From Eledone cirrhosa (Eukaryota), in the NCBI GenBank assembly GCA_964016885.1, contig OZ024741.1, forward strand, positions 22,444,001 through 22,508,000: a stretch of 64,000 bases of DNA, read 5' to 3'. The notes beneath the pieces were generated by a model. It did not search any database. It was not told the origin of the DNA and saw only the letters and a program-made list of their open reading frames with translations. This document shows, in pieces, positions 32,983-47,900 of this stretch (the stretch's first letter is position 1; every line of letters starts with the position of its first letter). The translations under genes were made by a program, and so were the position numbers.

Positions 32983-35900
32983 ATGAAAGACACTGCCTAT
33001 GTCATTAACCCTTTCATTACAATATTTCTAATGAAAGACACTGTCTATGTCATTAACCCTTTCATTACCATATTTCTAATAAAAGACACTACCTATGTCA
33101 TTAACCCTTTCCTTACCATATTTATAATGAAAGACACTGTCTATTGCATTAACCCTTTCATTACCATATTTCTAATGAAAGACACTGCCTATGTCATTAA
33201 CCCTTTCATTACCATATTTCTAATGAAAGACACTGTCTATGTCATTAACCCTTTCATTACCATATTTATAATGAAAGACACTGCCTATGTCATTAACCCT
33301 TTCTTTACCATATGTCTAATGAAAGACACTGCCTATGTCATTAACCCTTTCATTACAATATTTCTAATGACAGAGACTGTCTATGTCATTAACCCTTTCA
33401 TTACCATATCTCTACTGAAAGACACTGTCTATATCATTAACCCTTTCATTACCATATTTCTAATGAAAGACACTATCTATGTCATTAACCCTTTCGTTAC
33501 CATATTTCTAATGAATGACACTAGCTTTGTCATTAACCCTTTCATTACCATATTTCTAATGAAAGACACTACCTATGTCATTAACCCTTTCCTTACCATA
33601 TTTATAATGAAAGACACTGTCTATTGCATTAACCCTTTCATTACCATATTTCTAATGAAAGACACTGCCTATGTCATTAACCCTTTCATTACCATATTTC
33701 TAATGAAAGACACTGTCTATGTCATTAACCCTTTCATTACCATATTTATAATGAAAGACACTGCCTATGTCATTAACCCTTTCTTTACCATATGTCTAAT
33801 GAAAGACACTGCCTATGTCATTAACCCTTTCATTACAATATTTCTAATGAAAGAGACTGTCTATGTCATTAACCCTTTCATTACCATATGTCTACTGAAA
33901 GACACTGTCTATATCATTAACCCTTTCATTACCATATTTCTAATGAAAGACACTACCTATGTCATTAACCCTTTCATTACCATATTTATAATGAAAGACA
34001 CTGTCTATTGCATTAACCCTTTCATTACCATATTTCTAATGAAAGACACTGTTACATCATTAACCCTTTCATTACCATATGTCTAATGAAAGACACTGCC
34101 TATGTCATTAACCCTTTCATTACAATATTTCTAATGAAAGACACTGTCTATGTCATTAACCCTTTCATTACCATATTTCTAATAAAAGACACTACCTATG
34201 TCATTAACCCTTTCCTTACCATATTTATAATGAAAGACACTGTCTATTGCATTAACCCTTTCATTACCATATTTCTAATGAAAGACACTGCCTATGTCAT
34301 TAACCCTTTCATTACCATATTTCTAATGAAAGACACTGTCTATGTCATTAACCCTTTCATTACCATATTTATAATGAAAGACACTGCCTATGTCATTAAC
34401 CCTTTCTTTACCATATGTCTAATGAAAGACACTGCCTATGTCATTAACCCTTTCATTACAATATTTCTAATGAAAGAGACTGTCTATGTCATTAACCCTT
34501 TCATTACCATATGTCTACTGAAAGACACTGTCTATATCATTAACCCTTTCATTACCATATTTCTAATGAAAGACACTACCTATGTCATTAACCCTTTCAT
34601 TACCATATTTATAATGAAAGACACTGTCTATTGCATTAACCCTTTCATTACCATATTTCTAATGAAAGACACTGTTATATCATTAACCCTTTCATTACCA
34701 TATGTCTAATGAAAGACACTGCCTATGTCATTAACCCTTTCATTACAATATTTCTAATGAAAGACACTGTCTATGTCATTAACCCTTTCATTACCATATT
34801 TCTAATAAAAGACACTACCTATGTCATTAACCCTTTCCTTACCATATTTATAATGAAAGACACTGTCTATTGCATTAACCCTTTCATTACCATATTTCTA
34901 ATGAAAGACACTGCCTATGTCATTAACCCTTTCATTACCATATTTCTAATGAAAGACACTACCTATGTCATTAACCCTTTCATTACCATATTTCTAATGA
35001 AAGACACTACCTATGTCATTAACCCTTTCATTACCATATTTCTAATGAAAGACACTGTCTATGTCATTAACCCTTTCATTACCATATTCCTAATAAAAGA
35101 CACTACCTATGCCATTAACCCTTTCATTACCATATTTCTAATGAAAGACACTGTCTATGTCATTAACCCTTTCATTACCATATTTCTAATGAAAGACACT
35201 GTTATATCATTAACCCTTTCATTACCATATGTCTAATGAAAGACACTGCCTATGTCATTAACCCTTTCATTACAATATTTCTAATGAAAGAGACTGTCTA
35301 TGTCATGAACCCTTTCATTACCATATGTCTACTGAAAGACACTGTCTATGTCATTAACCCTTTCATTACCATATTTCTAATGAATGACACTAGCTATGTC
35401 ATTAACCCTTTCATTACCATATTTCTAATGAAAGACACTACCTATGTCATTAACCCTTTCATTACCATATTTCTAATGAAAGACACTGTCTATGTCATTA
35501 ACCCTTTCATTACCATATTTCTAATGAAAGACACTGTCTATGTCATTAACCCTTTCATTACCATATTTCTAATGAAAGACACTGTCTATGTCATTAACCC
35601 TTTCATTACCATATTTCTAATGAAAGACACTACCTATGTCATTAACCCTTTCATTACCATATTTCTAATGAAAGACACTACCTATGTCATTAACCCTTTC
35701 ATTACCATATTTCTAATGAAAGACACTGTCTATGTCATTAACCCTTTCATTACCATATTTCTAATAAAAGACACTACCTATGTCATTAACCCTTTCATTA
35801 CCATATTTATAATGAAAGACACTGTCTATTGCATTAACCCTTTCATTACCATATTTCTAATGCAAGACACTGTTATATCATTAACCCTTTCATTACCATA

Positions 35901-38900
35901 TGTCTAATGAAAGACACTGCCTATGTCATTAACCCTTTCATTACCATATTTCTAATGAAAGACACTGTCTATGTCATTAACCCTTTCATTACCATATTTC
36001 TAATAAAAGACACTACCTATGTCATTAACCCTTTCATTACCATATTTATAATGAAAGACACTGTCTATTGCATTAACCCTTTCATTACCATATTTCTAAT
36101 GAAAGACACTGCCTATGTCATTAACCCTTTCATTACCATATTTCTAATGAAAGACACTGTCTATGTCATTAACCCTTTCATTACCATATTTATAATGAAA
36201 GACACTGCCTATGTCATTAACCCTTTCTTTACCATATGTCTAATGAAAGAGACTGTCTATGTCATTAACCCTTTCATTACCATATGTCTACTGAAAGACA
36301 CTGTTTATATCATTAACCCTTTCATTACCATATTTCTAATGAAAGACACTACCTATGTCATTAACCCTTTCATTACCATATTTATAATGAAAGACACTGT
36401 CTATTGCATTAACCCTTTCATTACCATATTTCTAATGAAAGACACTGTTATATCATTAACCCTTTCATTACCATATGTCTAATGAAAGACACTGCCTATG
36501 TCATTAACCCTTTCATTACAATATTTCTAATGAAAGACACTGTCTATGTCATTAACCCTTTCATTACCATATTTCTAATGAAAGACACTGTCTATGTCAT
36601 TAACCCTTTCAAAACCATATTTATAATGAAAGACACTGCCTATGTCATTAACCCTTTCTTTACCATATGTCTAATGAAAGACACTGCCTATGTCATTAAC
36701 CCTTTCATTACAATATTTCTAATGAAAGAGACTGTCTATGTCATTAACCCTTTCATTACCATATCTCTACTGAAAGACACTGTCTATATCATTAACCCTT
36801 TCATTACCATATTTCTAATGAAAGACACTATCTATGTCATTAACCCTTTCGTTACCATATTTCTAATGAATGACACTAGCTTTGTCATTAACCCTTTCAT
36901 TACCATATTTCTAATGAAAGACACTACCTATGTCATTAACCCTTTCATTACCATATTTCTAATGAAAGACACTGTCTATGTCATTAACCCTTTCATTACC
37001 ATATTTCTAATGAAAGACACTGTCTATGTCATTAACACTTTCATTACCATATTTCTAATGAAAGACACTGTCTATGTCATTAACCCTTTCATTACCATAT
37101 TTCTAATGAAAGACACTACCTATGTCATTAACCCTTTCATTACCATATTTCTAATGAAAGAAACTACCTATGTCATTAACCCTTTCATTACCATATTTCT
37201 AATGAAAGACACTGTCTATGTCATTAACCCTTTCATTACCATATTCCTAATAAAAGACACTACCTATGCCATTAACCCTTTCATTACCATATTTCTAATG
37301 AAAGACACTGTCTATGTCATTAACCCTTTCATTACCATATTTCTAATGAAAGACACTGTTATATCATTAACCCTTTCATTACCATATGTCTAATGAAAGA
37401 CACTGCCTATGTCATTAACCCTTTCATTACAATATTTCTAATGAAAGAGACTGTCTATGTCATGAACCCCTTCATTACCATATGTCTACTGAAAGACACT
37501 GTCTATGTCATTAACCCTTTCATTACCATATTTCTAATGAATGACACTAGCTATGTCATTAACCCTTTCATTACCATATTTCTAATGAAAGACACTACCT
37601 ATGTCATTAACCCTTTCATTACCATATTTCTAATGAAAGACACTGTCTATGTCATTAACCCTTTCATTACCATATTTCTAATGAAAGACACTGTCTATGT
37701 CATTAACCCTTTCATTACCATATTTCTAATGAAAGACACTGTCTATGTCATTAACCCTTTCATTACCATATTTCTAATGAAAGACACTACCTATGTCATT
37801 AACCCTTTCATTACCATATTTCTAATGAAAGACACTACCTATGTCATTAACCCTTTCATTACCATATTTCTAATGAAAGACACTGTCTATGTCATTAACC
37901 CTTTCATTACCATATTTCTAATAAAAGACACTACCTATGTCATTAACCCTTTCATTACCATATTTATAATGAAAGACACTGTCTATTGCATTAACCCTTT
38001 CATTACCATATTTCTAATGAAAGACACTGTTATATCATTAACCCTTTCATTACCATATGTCTAATGAAAGACACTGCCTATGTCATTAACCCTTTCATTA
38101 CCATATTTCTAATGAAAGACACTGTCTATGTCATTAACCCTTTCATTACCATATTTCTAATAAAAGACACTACCTATGTCATTAACCCTTTCATTACCAT
38201 ATTTATAATGAAAGACACTGTCTATTGCATTAACCCTTTCATTACCATATTTCTAATGAAAGACACTGCCTATGTCATTAACCCTTTCATTACCATATTT
38301 CTAATGAAAGACACTGTCTATGTCATTAACCCTTTCATTACCATATTTATAATGAAAGACACTGCCTATGTCATTAACCCTTTCTTTACCATATGTCTAA
38401 TGAAAGACACTGCCTATGTCATTAACCCTTTCATTACAATATTTCTAATGAAAGAGACTGTCTATGTCATTAACCCTTTCATTACCATATCTCTACTGAA
38501 AGACACTGTCTATATCATTAACCCTTTCATTACCATATTTCTAATGAAAGACACTATCTATGTCATTAACCCTTTCGTTACCATATTTCTAATGAATGAC
38601 ACTAGCTATGTCATTAACCCTTTCATTACCATATTTCTAATGAAAGACACTACCTATGTCATTAACCCTTTCATTACCATATTTCTAATGAAAGACACTG
38701 TCTATGTCATTAACCCTTTCATTACCATATTTCTAATGAAAGACACTGTCTATGTCATTAACCCTTTCATTACCATATTTCTAATGAAAGACACTGTCTA
38801 TGTCATTAACCCTTTCATTACCATATTTCTAATGAAAGACACTACCTATGTCATTAACCCTTTCATTACCATATTTCTAATGAAAGACACTGCCTATGTC

Positions 38901-41900
38901 ATTAACCCTTTCATTACCATATTTCTAATGAAAGACACTGTCTATGTCATTAACCCTTTCATTACCATATTCCTAATAAAAGACACTACCTATGCCATTA
39001 ACCCTTTCATTACCATATTTCTAATGAAAGACACTACCTATGTCATTAACCCTTTCATTACCATATTTCTAATGAAAGACACTACCTATGTCATTAACCC
39101 TTTCATTACCATATTTCAAATGAAAGACACTACCTATGTCATTAACCCTTTCATTACCATATTTCTAATGAAAGACACTACCTATGTCATTAACCCTTTC
39201 ATTACCATATTTCTAATGAAAGACACTGTCTATGTCATTAACCCTTTCATTACCATATTTCTAATAAAAGACACTACCTATGTCATTAACCCTTTCATTA
39301 CCATATTTATAATGAAAGACACTGTCTATTGCATTAACCCTTTCATTACCATATTTCTAATGAAAGACACTGCCTATGTCATTAACCCTTTCATTACCAT
39401 ATTTCTAATGAAAGACACTGTCTATGTCATTAACCCTTTCATTACCATATTTATAATGAATGACACTAGCTATGTCATTAACCCTTTCTTTACCATATGT
39501 CTAATGAAAGACACTGCCTATGTCATTAACCCTTTCATTACAATATTTCTAATGAAAGAGACTGTCTATATCATTAACCCTTTCATTACCATATTTCTAA
39601 TGAAAGACACTACCTATGTCATTAACCCTTTCATTACCATATTTATAATGAAAGACACTGTCTATTGCATTAACCCTTTCATTACCATATTTCTAATGAA
39701 AGACACTGTTATATCATTAACCCTTTCATTACCATATGTCTAATGAAAGACACTGCCTATGTCATTAACCCTTTCATTACAATATTTCTAATGAAAGACA
39801 CTGTCTATGTCATTAACCCTTTCATTACCATATTTCTAATAAAAGACACTACCTATGTCATTAACCCTTTCCTTACCATATTTATAATGAAAGACACTGT
39901 CTATTGCATTAACCCTTTCATTACCATATTTCTAATGAAAGACACTGCCTATGTCATTAACCCTTTCATTACCATATTTCTAATGAAAGACACTGTCTAT
40001 GTCATTAACCCTTTCATTACCATATTTCTAATGAAAGACACTGCCTATGTCATTAACCCTTTCTTTACCATATGTCTAATGAAAGACACTGCCTATGTCA
40101 TTAACCCTTTCATTACAATATTTCTAATGAAAGAGACTGTCTATGTCATTAACCCTTTCATTACCATATCTCTACTGAAAGACACTGTCTATATCATTAA
40201 CCCTTTCATTACCATATTTCTAATGAAAGACACTATCTATGTCATTAACCCTTTCGTTACCATATTTCTAATGAATGACACTAGCTTTGTCATTAACCCT
40301 TTCATTACCATATTTCTAATGAAAGACACTACCTATGTCATTAACCCTTTCATTACCATATTTCTAATGAAAGACACTGTCTATGTCATTAACCCTTTCA
40401 TTACCATATTTCTAATGAAAGACACTGTCTATGTCATTAACCCTTTCATTACCATATTTCTAATGAAAGACACTGTCTATGTCATTAACCCTTTCATTAC
40501 CATATTTCTAATGAAAGACACTACCTATGTCATTAACCCTTTCATTACCATATTTCTAATGAAAGACACTACCTATGTCATTAACCCTTTCATTACCATA
40601 TTTCTAATGAAAGACACTGTCTATGTCATTAACCCTTTCATTACCATATTTATAATGAAAGACACTGCCTATGTCATTAACCCTTTCTTTACCATATGTC
40701 TAATGAAAGACACTGCCTATGTCATTAACCCTTTCATTACAATATTTCTAATGAAAGAGACTGTCTATGTCATTAACCCTTTCATTACCATATGTCTACT
40801 GAAAGACACTGTCTATATCATTAACCCTTTCATTACCATATTTCTAATGAAAGACACTACCTATGTCATTAACCCTTTCATTACCATATTTATAATGAAA
40901 GACACTGTCTATTGCATTAACCCTTTCATTACCATATTTCTAATGAAAGACACTGTTATATCATTAACCCTTTCATTACCATATGTCTAATGAAAGACAC
41001 TGCCTATGTCATTAACCCTTTCATTACAATATTTCTAATGAAAGACACTGTCTATGTCATTAACCCTTTCATTACCATATTTCTAATAAAAGACACTACC
41101 TATGTCATTAACCCTTTCCTTACCATATTTATAATGAAAGACACTGTCTATTGCATTAACCCTTTCATTACCATATTTCTAATGAAAGACACTGCCTATG
41201 TCATTAACCCTTTCATTACCATATTTCTAATGAAAGACACTGTCTATGTCATTAACCCTTTCATTACCATATTTATAATGAAAGACACTGCCTATGTCAT
41301 TAACCCTTTCTTTACCATATGTCTAATGAAAGACACTGCCTATGTCATTAACCCTTTCATTACAATATTTCTAATGACAGAGACTGTCTATGTCATTAAC
41401 CCTTTCATTACCATATCTCTACTGAAAGACACTGTCTATATCATTAACCCTTTCATTACCATATTTCTAATGAAAGACACTATCTATGTCATTAACCCTT
41501 TCGTTACCATATTTCTAATGAATGACACTAGCTTTGTCATTAACCCTTTCATTACCATATTTCTAATGAAAGACACTACCTATGTCATTAACCCTTTCAT
41601 TACCATATTTCTAATGAAAGACACTGTCTATGTCATTAACCCTTTCATTACCATATTTCTAATGAAAGACACTGTCTATGTCATTAACCCTTTCATTACC
41701 ATATTTCTAATGAAAGACACTGTCTATGTCATTAACCCTTTCATTACCATATTTCTAATGAAAGACACTACCTATGTCATTAACCCTTTCATTACCATAT
41801 TTCTAATGAAAGACACTACCTATGTCATTAACCCTTTCATTACCATATTTCTAATGAAAGACACTGTCTATGTCATTAACCCTTTCATTACCATATTTAT

Positions 41901-44900
41901 AATGAAAGACACTGCCTATGTCATTAACCCTTTCTTTACCATATGTCTAATGAAAGACACTGCCTATGTCATTAACCCTTTCATTACAATATTTCTAATG
42001 AAAGAGACTGTCTATGTCATTAACCCTTTCATTACCATATGTCTACTGAAAGACACTGTCTATATCATTAACCCTTTCATTACCATATTTCTAATGAAAG
42101 ACACTACCTATGTCATTAACCCTTTCATTACCATATTTATAATGAAAGACACTGTCTATTGCATTAACCCTTTCATTACCATATTTCTAATGAAAGACAC
42201 TGTTATATCATTAACCCTTTCATTACCATATGTCTAATGAAAGACACTGCCTATGTCATTAACCCTTTCATTACAATATTTCTAATGAAAGACACTGTCT
42301 ATGTCATTAACCCTTTCAATACCATATTTCTAATAAAAGACACTACCTATGTCATTAACCCTTTCCTTACCATATTTATAATGAAAGACACTGTCTATTG
42401 CATTAACCCTTTCATTACCATATTTCTAATGAAAGACACTGCCTATGTCATTAACCCTTTCATTACCATATTTCTAATGAAAGACACTGTCTATGTCATT
42501 AACCCTTTCATTACCATATTTATAATGAAAGACACTGCCTATGTCATTAACCCTTTCTTTACCATATGTCTAATGAAAGACACTGCCTATGTCATTAACC
42601 CTTTCATTACAATATTTCTAATGAAAGAGACTGTCTATGTCATTAACCCTTTCATTACCATATCTCTACTGAAAGACACTGTCTATATCATTAACCCTTT
42701 CATTACCATATTTCTAATGAAAGACACTATCTATGTCATTAACCCTTTCGTTACCATATTTCTAATGAAAGACACTGTCTATGTCATTAACCCTTTCATT
42801 ACCATATTTCTAATGAAAGACACTACCTATGTCATTAACCCTTTCATTACCATATTTCTAATGAAAGACACTGTCTATGTCATTAACCCTTTCATTACCA
42901 TATTCCTAATAAAAGACACTACCTATGCCATTAACCCTTTCATTACCATATTTCTAATGAAAGACACTGTCTATGTCATTAACCCTTTCATTACCATATT
43001 TCTAATGAAAGACACTGTTATATCATTAACCCTTTCATTACCATATGTCTAATGAAAGACACTGCCTATGTCATTAACCCTTTCATTACAATATTTCTAA
43101 TGAAAGAGACTGTCTATGTCATGAACCCTTTCATTACCATATGTCTACTGAAAGACACTGTCTATGTCATTAACCCTTTCATTACCATATTTCTAATGAA
43201 TGACACTAGCTATGTCATTAACCCTTTCATTACCATATTTCTAATGAAAGACACTACCTATGTCATTAACCCTTTCATTACCATATTTCTAATGAAAGAC
43301 ACTGTCTATGTCATTAACCCTTTCATTACCATATTTCTAATGAAAGACACTGTCTATGTCATTAACCCTTTCATTACCATATTTCTAATGAAAGACACTG
43401 TCTATGTCATTAACCCTTTCATTACCATATTTCTAATGAAAGACACTACCTATGTCATTAACCCTTTCATTACCATATTTCTAATGAAAGACACTACCTA
43501 TGTCATTAACCCTTTCATTACCATATTTCTAATGAAAGACACTGTCTATGTCATTAACCCTTTCATTACCATATTTCTAATAAAAGACACTACCTATGTC
43601 ATTAACCCTTTCATTACCATATTTATAATGAAAGACACTGTCTATTGCATTAACCCTTTCATTACCATATTTCTAATGCAAGACACTGTTATATCATTAA
43701 CCCTTTCATTACCATATGTCTAATGAAAGACACTGCCTATGTCATTAACCCTTTCATTACCATATTTCTAATGAAAGACACTGTCTATGTCATTAACCCT
43801 TTCATTACCATATTTCTAATAAAAGACACTACCTATGTCATTAACCCTTTCATTACCATATTTATAATGAAAGACACTGTCTATTGCATTAACCCTTTCA
43901 TTACCATATTTCTAATGAAAGACACTGCCTATGTCATTAACCCTTTCATTACCATATTTCTAATGAAAGACACTGTCTATGTCATTAACCCTTTCATTAC
44001 CATATTTATAATGAAAGACACTGCCTATGTCATTAACCCTTTCTTTACCATATGTCTAATGAAAGAGACTGTCTATGTCATTAACCCTTTCATTACCATA
44101 TGTCTACTGAAAGACACTGTTTATATCATTAACCCTTTCATTACCATATTTCTAATGAAAGACACTACCTATGTCATTAACCCTTTCATTACCATATTTA
44201 TAATGAAAGACACTGTCTATTGCATTAACCCTTTCATTACCATATTTCTAATGAAAGACACTGTTATATCATTAACCCTTTCATTACCATATGTCTAATG
44301 AAAGACACTGCCTATGTCATTAACCCTTTCATTACAATATTTCTAATGAAAGACACTGTCTATGTCATTAACCCTTTCATTACCATATTTCTAATGAAAG
44401 ACACTGTCTATGTCATTAACCCTTTCAAAACCATATTTATAATGAAAGACACTGCCTATGTCATTAACCCTTTCTTTACCATATGTCTAATGAAAGACAC
44501 TGCCTATGTCATTAACCCTTTCATTACAATATTTCTAATGAAAGAGACTGTCTATGTCATTAACCCTTTCATTACCATATCTCTACTGAAAGACACTGTC
44601 TATATCATTAACCCTTTCATTACCATATTTCTAATGAAAGACACTATCTATGTCATTAACCCTTTCGTTACCATATTTCTAATGAATGACACTAGCTTTG
44701 TCATTAACCCTTTCATTACCATATTTCTAATGAAAGACACTACCTATGTCATTAACCCTTTCATTACCATATTTCTAATGAAAGACACTGTCTATGTCAT
44801 TAACCCTTTCATTACCATATTTCTAATGAAAGACACTGTCTATGTCATTAACACTTTCATTACCATATTTCTAATGAAAGACACTGTCTATGTCATTAAC

Positions 44901-47900
44901 CCTTTCATTACCATATTTCTAATGAAAGACACTACCTATGTCATTAACCCTTTCATTACCATATTTCTAATGAAAGACACTACCTATGTCATTAACCCTT
45001 TCATTACCATATTTCTAATGAAAGACACTGTCTATGTCATTAACCCTTTCATTACCATATTCCTAATAAAAGACACTACCTATGCCATTAACCCTTTCAT
45101 TACCATATTTCTAATGAAAGACACTGTCTATGTCATTAACCCTTTCATTACCATATTTCTAATGAAAGACACTGTTATATCATTAACCCTTTCATTACCA
45201 TATGTCTAATGAAAGACACTGCCTATGTCATTAACCCTTTCATTACAATATTTCTAATGAAAGAGACTGTCTATGTCATGAACCCCTTCATTACCATATG
45301 TCTACTGAAAGACACTGTCTATGTCATTAACCCTTTCATTACCATATTTCTAATGAATGACACTAGCTATGTCATTAACCCTTTCATTACCATATTTCTA
45401 ATGAAAGACACTACCTATGTCATTAACCCTTTCATTACCATATTTCTAATGAAAGACACTGTCTATGTCATTAACCCTTTCATTACCATATTTCTAATGA
45501 AAGACACTGTCTATGTCATTAACCCTTTCATTACCATATTTCTAATGAAAGACACTGTCTATGTCATTAACCCTTTCATTACCATATTTCTAATGAAAGA
45601 CACTACCTATGTCATTAACCCTTTCATTACCATATTTCTAATGAAAGACACTACCTATGTCATTAACCCTTTCATTACCATATTTCTAATGAAAGACACT
45701 GTCTATGTCATTAACCCTTTCATTACCATATTTCTAATAAAAGACACTACCTATGTCATTAACCCTTTCATTACCATATTTATAATGAAAGACACTGTCT
45801 ATTGCATTAACCCTTTCATTACCATATTTCTAATGAAAGACACTGCCTATGTCATTAACCCTTTCATTACCATATTTCTAATGAAAGACACTGTCTATGT
45901 CATTAACCCTTTCATTACCATATTTATAATGAAAGACACTGCCTATGTCATTAACCCTTTCTTTACCATATGTCTAATGAAAGACACTGCCTATGTCATT
46001 AACCCTTTCATTACAATATTTCTAATGAAAGAGACTGTCTATGTCATTAACCCTTTCATTACCATATCTCTACTGAAAGACACTGTCTATATCATTAACC
46101 CTTTCATTACCATATTTCTAATGAAAGACACTATCTATGTCATTAACCCTTTCGTTACCATATTTCTAATGAATGACACTAGCTATGTCATTAACCCTTT
46201 CATTACCATATTTCTAATGAAAGACACTACCTATGTCATTAACCCTTTCATTACCATATTTCTAATGAAAGACACTGTCTATGTCATTAACCCTTTCATT
46301 ACCATATTTCTAATGAAAGACACTGTCTATGTCATTAACCCTTTCATTACCATATTTCTAATGAAAGACACTGTCTATGTCATTAACCCTTTCATTACCA
46401 TATTTCTAATGAAAGACACTACCTATGTCATTAACCCTTTCATTACCATATTTCTAATGAAAGACACTACCTATGTCATTAACCCTTTCATTACCATATT
46501 TCTAATGAAAGACACTGTCTATGTCATTAACCCTTTCATTACCATATTCCTAATAAAAGACACTACCTATGCCATTAACCCTTTCATTACCATATTTCTA
46601 ATGAAAGACACTACCTATGTCATTAACCCTTTCATTACCATATTTCTAATGAAAGACACTACCTATGTCATTAACCCTTTCATTACCATATTTCAAATGA
46701 AAGACACTACCTATGTCATTAACCCTTTCATTACCATATTTCTAATGAAAGACACTACCTATGTCATTAACCCTTTCATTACCATATTTCTAATGAAAGA
46801 CACTGTCTATGTCATTAACCCTTTCATTACCATATTTCTAATAAAAGACACTACCTATGTCATTAACCCTTTCATTACCATATTTATAATGAAAGACACT
46901 GTCTATTGCATTAACCCTTTCATTACCATATTTCTAATGAAAGACACTGCCTATGTCATTAACCCTTTCATTACCATATTTCTAATGAAAGACACTGTCT
47001 ATGTCATTAACCCTTTCATTACCATATTTATAATGAAAGACACTGCCTATGTCATTAACCCTTTCTTTACCATATGTCTAATGAAAGACACTGCCTATGT
47101 CATTAACCCTTTCATTACAATATTTCTAATGAAAGAGACTGTCTATGTCATTAACCCTTTCATTACCATATGTCTACTGAAAGACACTGTCTATATCATT
47201 AACCCTTTCATTACCATATTTCTAATGAAAGACACTGTCTATGTCATTAACCCTTTCATTACCATATTCCTAATAAAAGACACTACCTATGCCATTAACC
47301 CTTTCATTACCATATTTCTAATGAAAGACACTGTCTATGTCATTAACCCTTTCATTACCATATTTCTAATGAAAGACACTGTTATATCATTAACCCTTTC
47401 ATTACCATATGTCTAATGAAAGACACTGCCTATGTCATCAACCCTTTCATTACAATATTTCTAATGAAAGAGACTGTCTATGTCATGAACCCTTTCATTA
47501 CCATATGTCTACTGAAAGACACTGTCTATGTCATTAACCCTTTCATTACCATATTTCTAATGAATGACACTAGCTATGTCATTAACCCTTTCATTACCAT
47601 ATTTCTAATGAAAGACACTATCTATGTCATTAACCCTTTCATTACCATATTTCTAATGAAAGACACTGTCTATGTCATTAACCCTTTCATTACCATATTT
47701 CTAATGAAAGACACTGTCTATGTCATTAACCCTTTCATTACCATATTTCTAATGAAAGACACTGTCTATGTCATTAACCCTTTCATTACCATATTTCTAA
47801 TGAAAGACACTACCTATGTCATTAACCCTTTCATTACCATATTTCTAATGAAAGACACTACCTATGTCATTAACCCTTTCATTACCATATTTCTAATGAA

